Shown in pieces: positions 28,164 through 40,049 of a stretch of 64,000 nt of DNA (position 1 is its first letter; each line of letters begins with the position of its first letter). Both the position numbers and the translations under genes were made by a program. The notes beneath the pieces were generated by a model. The model was not told the DNA's origin. It saw nothing but the letters and a program-made list of their open reading frames with translations, and made no database searches. The DNA is taken from assembly GCA_036172245.1 (NCBI GenBank), contig JAYWIR010000009.1, forward strand, positions 4,464,001 through 4,528,000, read 5' to 3'. Source of the stretch: Raillietiella orientalis. Taxonomy: Eukaryota.

Positions 28164-31100
28164 TTATGATATGTCGGGCAGTAAGCGAGCTTTGCGGGGG
28201 TCCCACAGGACTTGGCTCAGGTCGTGCCAGAAGATGAGCTCTTCCAGGCAGCTTCCCAGGAGCGCGGGCTGGCGGGACTCGCCCGCGGACCTCTCGTGCT
28301 GCCGGTAAAGCGCCAGCAGCCTGCGGATCTGCTCGCGGACGAAACGCTCGGCCTGCGCCAGGCATCCCGGGCTGCTGCAGCCCTGCAGCATCAGGTAGTT
28401 GGTCCGCCTCTGCACCGGTAGGTTCACCAACACAAGGTCGAAGAGTTCTTCGGCAGACATGGCTCCGCACCGGTATTCGCTTTCTCTGGGGGACAGAGAG
28501 CTCCCTCGTGGGTGGCGATCGGCGGCGGGGGGGAGGGGTTGCACTCACCGGCTCCCGGAAACGAAGATAACGCAGGGTACTTCGGAAACGGTGAATTCCC
28601 ATCTGAGATCGTTCCTGGACACGTCGATCCTGGCGAAAGTGACGTTGGGGGTATCCCTGAAGAGGCGCGCGACGGTCAGGAATACGTGGCCCATGACGGT
28701 GCAGTAGCCGCACCACGGGGTGTGGAAGAACAACACGACGTCCTGCGGGCAGCGGCGATACCGGGTGCTGAGAGGGTCGGGCACTCGCTGCGGCTACCTG
28801 TTGGGTGCGCAGGAGCTTCTCGAAGGTCTGCGAGTTCAGTTCCAGGACGGCCACCTCCGAACGCCCCTGGGAGGGCACCTCCGGAGCGGGCGGTTCGTCG
28901 TCGGCCCTCCGGTGCTGCTTGAGGCTCCCGCGGGCGAAACTTTCCAGGAACCTGCGCAGCGCGGTGGCGTTCAAGGGCTGCGGCAGCACGTGCAAGGTTT
29001 CCGTCTGCGGCGCGCCTTGTGTTTTCCCGCCCGGGCCGCGAGGAGGACTCACCTTCACGTCCACCATCACGGCAGCCGTCCACATGCGGTCACCCGTCAG
29101 CGGGACCCCCAGCTGCTTGGCGTGGGCGGCGTACAGCTCGCTGTCCAGCGCCAGCAGGTTGAGGGAGGAAGCGTTCGCGGGGCACGGCGGCGGCGGGCTG
29201 CCGCGGCGGCGCTCGCCGCCCACGTAGAGGCTGCTTGCCCGCATGCCCGTGTAGTAGGGGTTCAGAACTTTGCCGTAATACAGCTGCTTGCACCTCAGCT
29301 CGGAGTGGTCTCTTTCGAATTCCTTCTCGTACTCGTGCAGCGTTTCCCCGAACGGGACTTTGTTGATTTCTCTTGGGTGGCAGCAGTACACTCCCAGATA
29401 GGGACCGTACCCAAATATTCGTTCTTTGCATACGGTACTTGCCACGTGAAATGTAAGGAAGGACCGTTTCATCCACTTCGGTAGGCACAACTCACAAACC
29501 TGCTGTTCTGTGTAATACGAACTACATTCGCTCGCTTTCTGGTTAGAGCCTCCCATGTGTTTGTTTCCAATACACTTGCACTTACATCATTGCTAAGACT
29601 AGAAGGGAGTGGCACTTCTGGATGGGAGAGCCAGTAATTCAACCATTGTGAACACTGAGATTCTAGTTTCTTAATACGGTGCTTCGTGTTTCTCACGAAC
29701 GAATCGAGACGCAGGCCGCCGCGAATAAGGTTGCTGCTGCTGCTGCTGCTGTTGTTGTTGGCGCCACAAAACCTTTCCATCCCAAACTGCTTCAGCTATC
29801 ACAGAGATCCCGGTGGAAGGAGGGAAAAAAAAACGACGCGCGAGCAGCGTGCCAGCCAACGTACCATGAAATAAAACGTCGACAACTGCGGCAGGAACAA
29901 ATTCCGGGGACTGAACAAGATGAGGGTTGGACCAGTTTCGATGAAGGAAGCGAGCCCGGAGCTTTTCGTCTCGGTTGGGAACCGCAGCCACGAACACAGT
30001 GACCGACTCGAACCGGAGACCCATTTCACCAACTTCGAGGGGTCCAGGTTGGCGACTTCTTCGTACTCCTGCACGCACGCACGCACGCACAAAGTCACGT
30101 GGTAAGCACCCAACGAAGAAGGACTCACCAACGAGGAATTCCACGAATGGAGAACCACGGAGTCATTTGCAGGTGGAGGGAAACCATTTTTGCTCGACGG
30201 TGCGGTTATAGCAAAAGCCACGTTTCGGAAAGGATCTAATTCTAAAGCCATCAAGGCGGATTCTCTGAACAGATGTAGGGTCTTCCTCTCAGATAATGCA
30301 AAACTCCCCAAAACAACGCCCTGAAAGAAAGGAAAGGAAAGGAAGAAAAAAATGGGAGCAACCGTTTATTTTTTATTTTTTGACGAACCGATTCCGTGCG
30401 TTCATCGAGCTTTCCCCTGCACTCCTGGATGTCTGTGAATTTTTTCCCCTCCGACTGGATGCTTTTACGTACCCGTACATTCGTGTACCGAATCGGGCAC
30501 GGAGCGATGGTAGCGAAAACATTACCGTACAGATGCGGAGTGGCTCCGAAGAGATCTCTTTCCTTGACGAACCGGAGGAAGGAGTCCGAGGAACCGACCC
30601 GCGCTCCCTGAGGAGTGCCCGCCCACAGACGGGGGGCTTCTTCGCGCGTCTCTCTCATCCCTCATTACGGGAGTTGCAGGTCTCACAGCGACTTTCAAAC
30701 CGGGAATGCGGCAGGGATGGCCAGCAAGGCCGCTTGCATCACCCTCAAGCGTGGAAGGGCACTTCCGTCGGGTGAGCTTCTCGCTCGCAATGCGTTCAAA
30801 TTTCCTAACCTACGTTACTCTCGGATCCGGGCTTGCGGGAGGGGGGGGGGGAAGGTCAGGATTGCCAGCTGCGGAGCGCGGGAAAAAAATTTCCTGGCGA
30901 GGAAACGAAACGCACGAGCGGCGCATTGGAAACGAAACGGAATGCTTGCCTCTGGGCGGACCGTGAAGAGCGGCGAAAGGCGAAGAAGAGCTTTCCCCAG
31001 GAGTCGCACGGACTCGAACACAGATGAGAGAGCACCACCCCCAAAGGGTAGGAAATGACCAACGTACATCATGGATGAACAGCAATTCTTCCAGTTCCTC

Positions 31101-31972
31101 GGGGGTTGTGATCCTCTTCAGTGGAAACAGCGCGTTCGTTAAAAAACGAACCAAGTAAGGGAACCGAAACGGTCCTTTGTACTCGACCGAGTTCCGAATG
31201 GATTCATAGAAGGTCAGGTGGGGGAAAGACAGGACCCAGCTCATGATCCCTCGGCAACTTCCATTCGGATTCCAGCAATTCACGGCAACGAAACTGATCT
31301 GGGTACAGAGTCACATGGGATTCAAAAGGAGCAGCCACTTTCAGTGTGTACGCTCACTCGGGGAAAGGCAAACGGTTCGTACCTTTTCGAAATACTTCGC
31401 AGTTTTTTCGAGTTCAGTTCGAGCTAATTGGCTTTCCGCATCCCACGGTGCGTACAGGAATACGACCAAGAATTCTGAAGTCATGTACTGATTCAACAGA
31501 CTTTGAAGATCTCCATAGTAAAAATCTTGCACCAAAGATTCCTTAGAGAAAAAACGTCTTGAAGATATAGAATAAGATTTGGCATTATGAAAGCTACAAA
31601 AAAAACAGTGTGATTCTCACACAGTGATGTATGGGCACAAATACATTAACACTCATAAGATTTGTTTCATCATTATCATTGCTTTGGCATACGATCGCAA
31701 CCGTTCACAATCCATTTTCACCAACACCAACCAAATTCATCACATACTGCCTACTCGGAAGCCATTTTTCTCAACCACTCCCCCCCCCCCTCCCTTTCCA
31801 CCGACTTCTTTTCTTTTCTTTACAAAATACGAAAGACGTAATCTTTGCCTTTTTTTCCGTGTTACTTTGGTCTTCCCATGGAAAGCGCAATCGCGGACGT
31901 GACACGAGTGACCGGAATCCTGGAATTCATGCCTTCCTGGTTCACCGGTTCCCAGCTTTTATCCCAAAGCAT
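28164..31972 (-). CDS. TXNDC11: Thioredoxin domain-containing protein 11-like (PDI family). Exons in transcript order: [31972-31866 tentative], 31593-31383, 31298-31068, 30320-30129, 30068-29865, 29795-29586, 29538-28798, 28742-28549, 28485-28164
   Basis: VQDFYYGDL...VVFLYAPWDAESQLARTELEKTA, FVAVNCWNPNGSCR, VEYKGP, GPTLILFSPRN, YYTGMRA, and a C-terminal Trx domain DVVLFFHTPWCGYC...FARIDVSRNDL.WEF.V match recalled TXNDC11 motifs. All listed junctions are GT-AG and in phase. The first exon and start codon are uncertain. Confidence 0.88.
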
Positions 31973-32849
31973 TTGCAGCGGAGGTGTTGTTGTTGTTTTT
32001 ATATGAAAGGTGCGGGGGATTAAGGAGAGAATGTGGCAGCGGTTCTCCTCACACTGCAAAGGAACTCGGAAAACACACTCTTTCGTGTCCAAATTAAAAT
32101 TCAGCACACGGCAGCGGCGAAAGAAAAGGAAAGGGGGGGGGGGGGGAGGAAGAAGAAAATCAGCAGTAACCCCCGAATCGTGGGGAGAAATACCGTGTCC
32201 CCTGCCGCATCCCCGAAGATTACTTCGGGAAAGCCGAAGGCATCTCCAGCGGCTGGCGGAGGAACCGGTCGGTGTCTTTGGTGTACCGGAAGCGGCATCG
32301 GCCCCACGCTCGCGAGAGGAGCGCATCGTCGCATCCCAAACGTTCTCTAGCGAGTGTGGAAGGGGAAAAGTATTTTATCTTATTTTATTTTTCCTGAAAG
32401 TACACGAAGGAGCTACCAAAACTCGAAAATGTCCAAAGGCCACAAACGCTCGTTCCAAGGATGAAAAGTTCCGAGCAACCATTGGACGCGACGGAATCAG
32501 GGAAATACGTACATCCATCCATCACATTAATGTACAATGATATGCAGTCGGACTACAAAAGGGCACAATTAAGAAACCATTACCTAATTAGTAATCTAGC
32601 GAAAGTGATGGATGCTTTGAACTAATGAACTTTCTGCCAACCCACCTTTCCTCCCAAAAGGAAGAAGAAAAATCAATTCGACTTCGGCTCAACAGTTTAC
32701 TTCGGTCGCTTTTACTAAGAACGCGGGAGCGTCCCACCGCCTCTGAAAAAAAATAAACCTCATTTCGCAACTACCGACGGACGGCATCAATGACGATGAT
32801 AATGTTCGAGAAAAATCCAAACACCAAGAAGAGCCGAAACGAAACGCCC

Positions 32850-33110
32850 GCGCGGTCCTCCTGCATTTTCTGCCTACGTTTCGGGAGCCGGTGACATGAC
32901 CCCTCCTGGGTGGCAGGCATCCTCTTAGCACGATGGGGTAACGCAGCGTTCGAGGTGCGGCGTGATGGCACCTGGAGGCACCGCCCTCTGGAGGAACTGC
33001 TTCCCGTTCCCCGGCCAAGCCGTCCTTCGGAAGTCTTCCCACTCCCAGGTCCCGGGACGCGCCTGACTTTCTGGAACCAAACTCGTGCGCCCCCCTGCGG
33101 CACATTACGT
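32850..33110 (+). mobile_element. Possible degenerate Tx1-type ORF1 fragment
   Basis: Frameshifted reading VLLHFLP / ILLARWG...RRDGTW...PSEVFPL...LTFWNQ..PC resembles the Tx1 ORF1 pattern (LHxVP...LSRY...DGIW...PSxIxL...YQGQP..C). Motif recall only. Confidence 0.3.
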
Positions 33111-36100
33111 CGACTACGTTGTTCACTTTACTGATGATGAATCAGTGTACCGATCAGGTCCGCTGGCAGAACTGACTTCTTTATGGGGTCTTTCACAATT
33201 TTGAGCTCCATGCAGTTTGCCGGTTCGCGTCTTTGCGGGGTCGATTCGGCGGCGAGGGGGGGGGGGAGACTCTTTAGGGTGGGTCCTGCGACTCGCACTT
33301 TTCCTTTGTACAAACATCAGCACACGCTGCAGCCCCCCCTCCCCCAACTTGGTTTCGTTTCAAATTCGAAACGTAATTGATGCCTTTCAGCCCCTCGTTC
33401 GAAACTCCAAAGAAGTTATTCGGAAAACGGAAAAGGAAGGGCAATATACGACGCGAAATGAAAAGGGAATCATCCCAATTCGAGCTGAAAGATTACATGC
33501 AGCGTGGACCCCCCCCCCCCACGTGCACGATCAACAGCATCGGGTGCCGAATCTCTTGATGAAATGTTGCTTTGCACGAAACGCACATCCAAGTTCCTAC
33601 ATTTTACGAAAGAAACTCGCTGATCGGGAACAGATATCCTATAATCTAATACACATTCCACAGTACTGTCCAGTACGTGTTCCAAGAAGTTCGGACACAG
33701 TACATAAACACAGCTACGGAATGTAAACAGAACGTTGAATCCAAAGATGCACCGTTTTTTTTTTTCTTTCGTTTCCTCAAACATTCCCCCCACTGCTGCA
33801 CGGTCTGCACGCTGCCTCTTCTGGACCTCCCTTTCGTTGGGCAGCCATTCCGCCGAGAGCACCATTTCGGTGAGGGAGCGTTTCGCGAAACCCACTGCCC
33901 TCCCGCATCATCGGGTCCAGAAGCGAATCCTCGCCGCCATCCCCGGTTCCCCCACTTCCTCTGCTGTGCGTACAATGGGAAGCATCTTCACTGAACTGGG
34001 GGGTGGGGGGAGGAGGGAGGGAACCGAATCGTTCACACGAAACCTATCGCGATGGATACGGTCCGCAGTTCTTGCTTTGATGATGGGAATGGATTTTCCA
34101 AAGACAAAAAAACTGACACGATCTTCTCCTGCGAATCTTCCAGCTTGTACGATCTAGGCTGCCTATAAAACATGCTGCGTTGCACGAACGGAAGGTACAT
34201 GTACATTACGAAGGGAAGGTACACGAAACGCAAGGTGCAGAACGAAGGTTTAAGTACAAAAATACACTTTATATGTACATCGAACAGTGCACACATAACA
34301 AAGCAGCCCATTCATTTCAAGCGTATTCGAGTTCTTTGCGAAACTTTTGCACTTCACCACCCCAACACTCAAAAGCAGAACGGCAGAGAGTTGCAACGCA
34401 CGTGTCGTGTTGCAGCGGTGGTGGGAATTTCTTCCGACATGTCGGATTTACGGGAAGAAGAAGAAGAAAAAAAAAAGGGACTTTTTTTCTTTTACTATGG
34501 CAGGAACTTCCCCCCAGGTTCGACCCAACGAGGTCGTGCTCCCACACCACATAGGGCCACACCGCGACTGCATCAATAACTAAGGTAGCAGGCGGTTCGC
34601 CATCTCCAAAAAAGCGCCTTCTTGAGGAAAGGTGTGTGTGCGCGCGCGCGTGTGTGTTTTTGCACGCAAACGTAGGATGCAGCGGAAAAAATCTGCACCA
34701 TCGGTCACAGAGGTGACCTTCGGACGGATTCGATCCCTTCTCTGCGAGTGAAGCATCGGTAACTGGGTTCCAAGCGTGCGTCCTGCAATGGGAGGGGCGA
34801 CTCCATAAATACCCCGGGACTGTTGAGGTTGCAGCAGAGAAACCGACCGCTGGTGGGGTGGGGTTCCATCTCATCATGCGGCCGATTCCCACGCGGTTGC
34901 CCGGTTCCTGCCGAAGTTCAAACCGGGTCGGTCGTAAATCGAAAGGCGCCCACGCAAGGCACGGCCTCGTGCGGGCCATCCCCAGGTTCCTTGCTGTCCA
35001 CCCTGCCAACCGATTCTGCCAAAGGCTTCCACCGCTCGACTGGTCACCTCTACGCGTTCCGCCGCGAGGAGCCTTTGGTCATTTCACACCTTTGCGAACG
35101 AGGCGGTGCAGTGGTTTGGCGTGGACTTTGTGCTCACGTTCGAAACACTGCGGCGAGGCAATTCCGAGAAAACCATCTTCGTTTGGGGTTCCTCGGAATA
35201 CGCGGAAGCCTTCGTCACTGCTGCCTGTCATGTGGATGAAACCACCTTCGCACGTGGAACCTCGAAAACCGGTGGTAAATATTCCACGCGGTAAAGTAGC
35301 AACCGCATCACCCCTTGCTCCCCCGAAACTCGACGAAACACACTCCATTTTCCGGTACGGCCACTTCTTCTTCCTCTTCTTCTGTGGACCTTCTTTTGGT
35401 GTACGTTCGGTACGGAAGCGAACGGGGCGGCGGTACCGTTGGGGGCGCGCACCCGTCCGCCGCTCGAAAGCGTCGCCTTGGAAACGCAACCTTCTGGCTT
35501 TCGGGATGGGCTCCCCACGAGATACGTCGCGAGTACCGGAAGAGAAAGAAAAAAGCATGCCGTTTCCTCGTCATATGGGTAAGAAACACAGAGCAGTGCG
35601 TTTAAGATGATGAGAAGCAACGTGTTCCAAGTGGGAGCTAATCATTGCAAGCTATGGGTTTAAGCGTTTCTCCAGCATGGAGGAGCGATGAATTTATTAC
35701 CTAATTTATGAAGGCATGCGTGCAACAAGAAACTAACGATGGCTAATGAATAATGAATTATTCACAACGGCAGGGACAAAGATTAATTTGAAGAGAGGCA
35801 GCAGTCCATGAAAGCCTTCGCCACCACGGAAGCACAACGATGCACTGTGGCGATCATTTGCAAAAAAACGCGATTTCAAATAATAAAACAAAATTCCAAC
35901 TGCCGAATACCATGTGCAGATTCCAGAAAGCATGGGGAACTGTAAATTGCCTGCAAAACCAGATTCCTCTGCTAACAAGGCCAACGTTTCATTGCAAGTT
36001 TAAATGGAAACACTGGCCATTACAAGTGTCAATAACAACAATAAAAACAATAAAGTAAAAACCTTTTTTGTCTAGTACCAAATACCACCATCCTACATAT

Positions 36101-38555
36101 TCATAAACTGTATTTCATGGATAAGGAAGCCATAGATTTGTTGAAAGAATTCAGCATTAGATATTTGGAGCAATATTGGATGATGATATCAAGCTCTGTT
36201 TTTCCAAATGCTTCGAATACAGAGAGATTACTGGAGTCATTTGATTTTTGTTTCAATTGCAATCTTGGATGCTATTTTTTTTTTTTTTTTTTTCTGGAAA
36301 TTTTCATTGACTCCACCAAAGTGGCATGCTACTGAGCAAAACCTATCTGCAGTGGAACACACACACACACACACATACACACACACTCTAAAATACAAAA
36401 AAACACTTGGAAATAGCTTTCTTTGGGCTAATATGTCTATTCAGTAACAGATGGAACACTGATTCAGGCAACAGCAGTTTGTGAAAAAAAAGCCTGGAAC
36501 TTATTGCTTCCATAAATACAGCTCTCCAAAAACAACTTAATGGAATGCAAAACAGTTTTGGTGAGTTGCTCACAAAACTGTTTAGATGCACCTATCTTGA
36601 TGACAACTCTGATTCTAATAATGGTGAGTGTAATTCTAATTGCAACAACTGCAAGCACTCAATCATGTTGTTGCTCTGGAAGGGATTTCTTTGGTCCAAG
36701 AAACAAATGATTTCTAATGATGATGTATGACTGTGGATCAGCATGAAATTAAAGAGCTTACTATATTTATTTTTGGCTAATCATCACGAAAATTGGGTAC
36801 CACGAACACACTTTTCCTTTTATCCAGCGTTTCAATCCACAATATCATATTCTTTAACATTGCAACCCTTACATGTCCTAGGGATTAAAAACTACATTCT
36901 ATTTTCATTCTGTTGTGAAGCAAATTCTAATTTTCAACATACACAATAAGAACTGGCGGCACATTGATGAAGGATTCAAACCAATTTTGTACTTTCATTG
37001 TTTATTTCTCTTACATCCTGCAGGAAAAAAAAAAAAATGGTTTGGAAAGCACTCAAATCTTTTTTTTTTTTTTTTTGTCTTCACTAAACACACTACATTC
37101 CTTTTGAGCAAGTCACAGAAATTCCGCCATGTCAAATGATTTCAGGAAATTTCCAAATACTCCAGGATGCTAAATCCGCATCTCTACACAATGTTTCTAA
37201 ACTTCTTCAAGGGGCCCTTTCCTCATTGCACTCTATCCCTTGCTACATGGAAACGAACTGTAAAACATCCGTAAATTCGTGATCGAAGTGTAAAAACATT
37301 TCCCTTTAGAATCTCAACGACTTCATTTTATGAATTCACTGCGTGCACGCTGAGGATTAGCATGCATGTAGATGGCTTTGCTTTTTTTCCTCTATTTTTT
37401 TTTTTTTTTGGGGGGGGGGGGGCATTATGAAGCGACTGAGACGTGTAATGTAATGCTTATGTACGCTTCGCTTCGCATACGGATTGTTGCGTTATTCGAA
37501 ATAAATACTAGAGACACATTTACCTGGATCGCCAAAGGAAATACAAGACGACAAAAAGGATCGACAGATAATCACAAATTTTTTTCATAACCATCAGCCA
37601 CAGTTTCATCAAGTTGATATGTAGATTCAAAATACTGAGGGAAGAACACGTGGACCGTTTCACGTACAACACATTTGAACTCGTGGTCCCGAACAAGCTG
37701 TGTTTTTTCCAAGAGTCCAAAAAAAAGTGTCTTCTTCGAATGTACCTTCACATGGTGACGATTTACTACCTTGAAAAATCCCACCTCAGGAGAAAACGAA
37801 CGCCGTAAAGAAGTTCACTGAATCCTAGCAAACGACATTACGGCAATTAAGACGAAACGATTGGATTCAGTTCACATGATGGAAGCAAATCGGTCGTGAG
37901 CTCCTTTTTCAAATGGATCATCTTCATGATAATAGCATATGCATTGCACAAGGAGATGGCCACAGGCATCGTTTCAGTAGCCCTTCACGTTAAAACATAC
38001 ATCGAGATGGAATGAACTGGGAAACTGGCTAGCAGTAGAAGGAATCCTAAAAAAAACATAAACCACACTCCAACCGGCTTACTATTTTGCTTACTCCCTT
38101 TTCTGTTTAATATTCTTTAGAGGGAACCAAAAATCGTAGGAAAGAAGAGAACTGCAAAATAGTTATACCTATTGTAACGAGTGAGACTACCGAGAAATCT
38201 TTCTTTCCCATCATAGTGGGAATGCACTTGGAATGGAATGCTCAGCCAGCCAGAATGAAACAGAACACTTCCAATCGTTAAGGTTTCCAGGGCCGAGCAG
38301 ATTTCATAAACGTCTACCGGAACATACAAATGCAGATAACGTGGAAGTGTTTATCAAGTGTCTGAACAGAGTGTTGAGTTTTTAACTGCATATCGTCACA
38401 ATCTGGACGAAACTGGAAACTCAACCAAGGTAATCACCCGTGCTGAAATGAATCGCCGTCAGCAACCCCGTGTCTCAGAGAGGACTCTGAAGAAATTGAA
38501 GGAATGCCCTCTTCGGAGGCTTTGTGGTTAAGGCTTCCGCGTGTGGTGCCATGCG

Positions 38556-39370
38556 TCGCGGGTTCGAGTATTCCAGCAGAAACTGAAGCCACTGCGTCGT
38601 TGGGTTCCGAGTTCCTCCTGCAATGGCGCTGGTTGGCCGAGACATTCGGGCGTGGCACCGGTGGCCGTTCAAAACGGAGGCCTCCGATGAGGGCCGGCGC
38701 AATGGGATCCTTCGGGTCCTTCCAGGAATGAAGGGGGGACCCCTCCGGTTTCAAGATGGGGCAAGAGCCTTCACGGGCACCTCTCCAGTTGTTTAGAGGA
38801 GCGGACCCCCATCTGTAGTGGGGGGACCCTCCGAGTCGCCGCCTCTCCAGAAGAGTGCAAGGAAGCGAGAGAGCGGTCCCCCTGCGGGAAGCTGCAGCGC
38901 CCCTTCTGAATTTCGGAAGCGTCCCTCCGGGGTTCTCTTCAGAGGAGTGAACAGGAGCGAGGGATCCCACCGAGGAAGAAATTCCTACTAGCGGATCCTT
39001 TCCGGGTTCCCTTCGGAGAAGATGAAATGGAGAGGGCCACCCCCTTTCCGGAGGGATGCCTCCGGAGAGAGTGAGGAAAGAGATTCCCTTCTGGGTTCCC
39101 CTTCGGAGATAACCAGGGCGGAAGGTGCGACCCCCCCCTTCCCAAACGTGAGAGGAATGGACTCCGAGCCTTCCTGGATACATAGGGCGGACCCCCTTCC
39201 GGGGTGCCCCTTCTATCTTGAAGAATAACGTGCACCCTCCGCGGGTGACGTGGAAACAGTGTTAAAGAGCCACTTGCGCCGCGAGACACGCGACCGGCTC
39301 TTGAGGTACTTAGAGAACCCAAAAACAGAAAACCTGAAAAACCTGGAAAAAAATGCTGGAAGGGAAAAAA
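38556..39370. repeat. Diverged GC-rich interspersed repeat, copy B, with an internal array of about 45-bp degenerate tandem units (about 38960-39140)
   Basis: Same orientation and block order as 17305-17940. The extra length comes from repeated ttc(c/t)ggg..cc(c)ttcggaga-type units. Confidence 0.85.
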
Positions 39371-40049
39371 CAGCGAAGACAGAAAAAAAAACAGCTTCGA
39401 AGATGGGGGGGGGGGGAGGGAAGGGATCCGTGCGATGCCCTGTAGCCATACAAGAATATGCAAGAAGCAGCCTCCATCGTGTTTATGGAAGTCCACATTT
39501 CATACGCTTTCCATGCATAGTAAGAATCAATACTTCAAGCGACCGATGAAGCATTAAAACCATCAGTTCACAGGAAAAGACTCACGTTCAACCAATAGAA
39601 CAAAATAAGCCACATTCGAAAGGACAAACATTCCCCCCAAAACTGAAATCACAAATCATACAAGGAAATCGAGAATTTATGGTGGAATCCGAACTAAACT
39701 CAGACTTGCAATTGGCATGTCATAGAATTACCCAGAAAGAATATTGAGAATTGGATGTGGAAAAAAACCCAAAAAACGAACATCTCATCTTAAAAAACAA
39801 TCATCTTATTTGTATGTATTAATAAAAGTGATTTGCGAATTTTTGCTTTATAAAAACACAGCATTCATAATATGCTTTTTGACCACAGTAATGTAAGGGA
39901 GGAAGTGATGTGAACATGGAGCAGGAAGTGGATACGTAAGTAAGTGTATTTGTGCATGAGATTAAATACTGATGGATACTGAAGGTCATATCGGAAGGAG
40001 CTAAAGTTGCACTTGAGTTGACACAGAAATATCATGAAAATTTTGACTT

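Noticed and set aside
34178..34260. Degenerate acgaa(c/g)ggaaggtac repeats as a CRISPR-like or structured array
   Set aside because: Only 3-4 irregular short units, no constant repeat with unique spacers, eukaryotic context and no cas genes.
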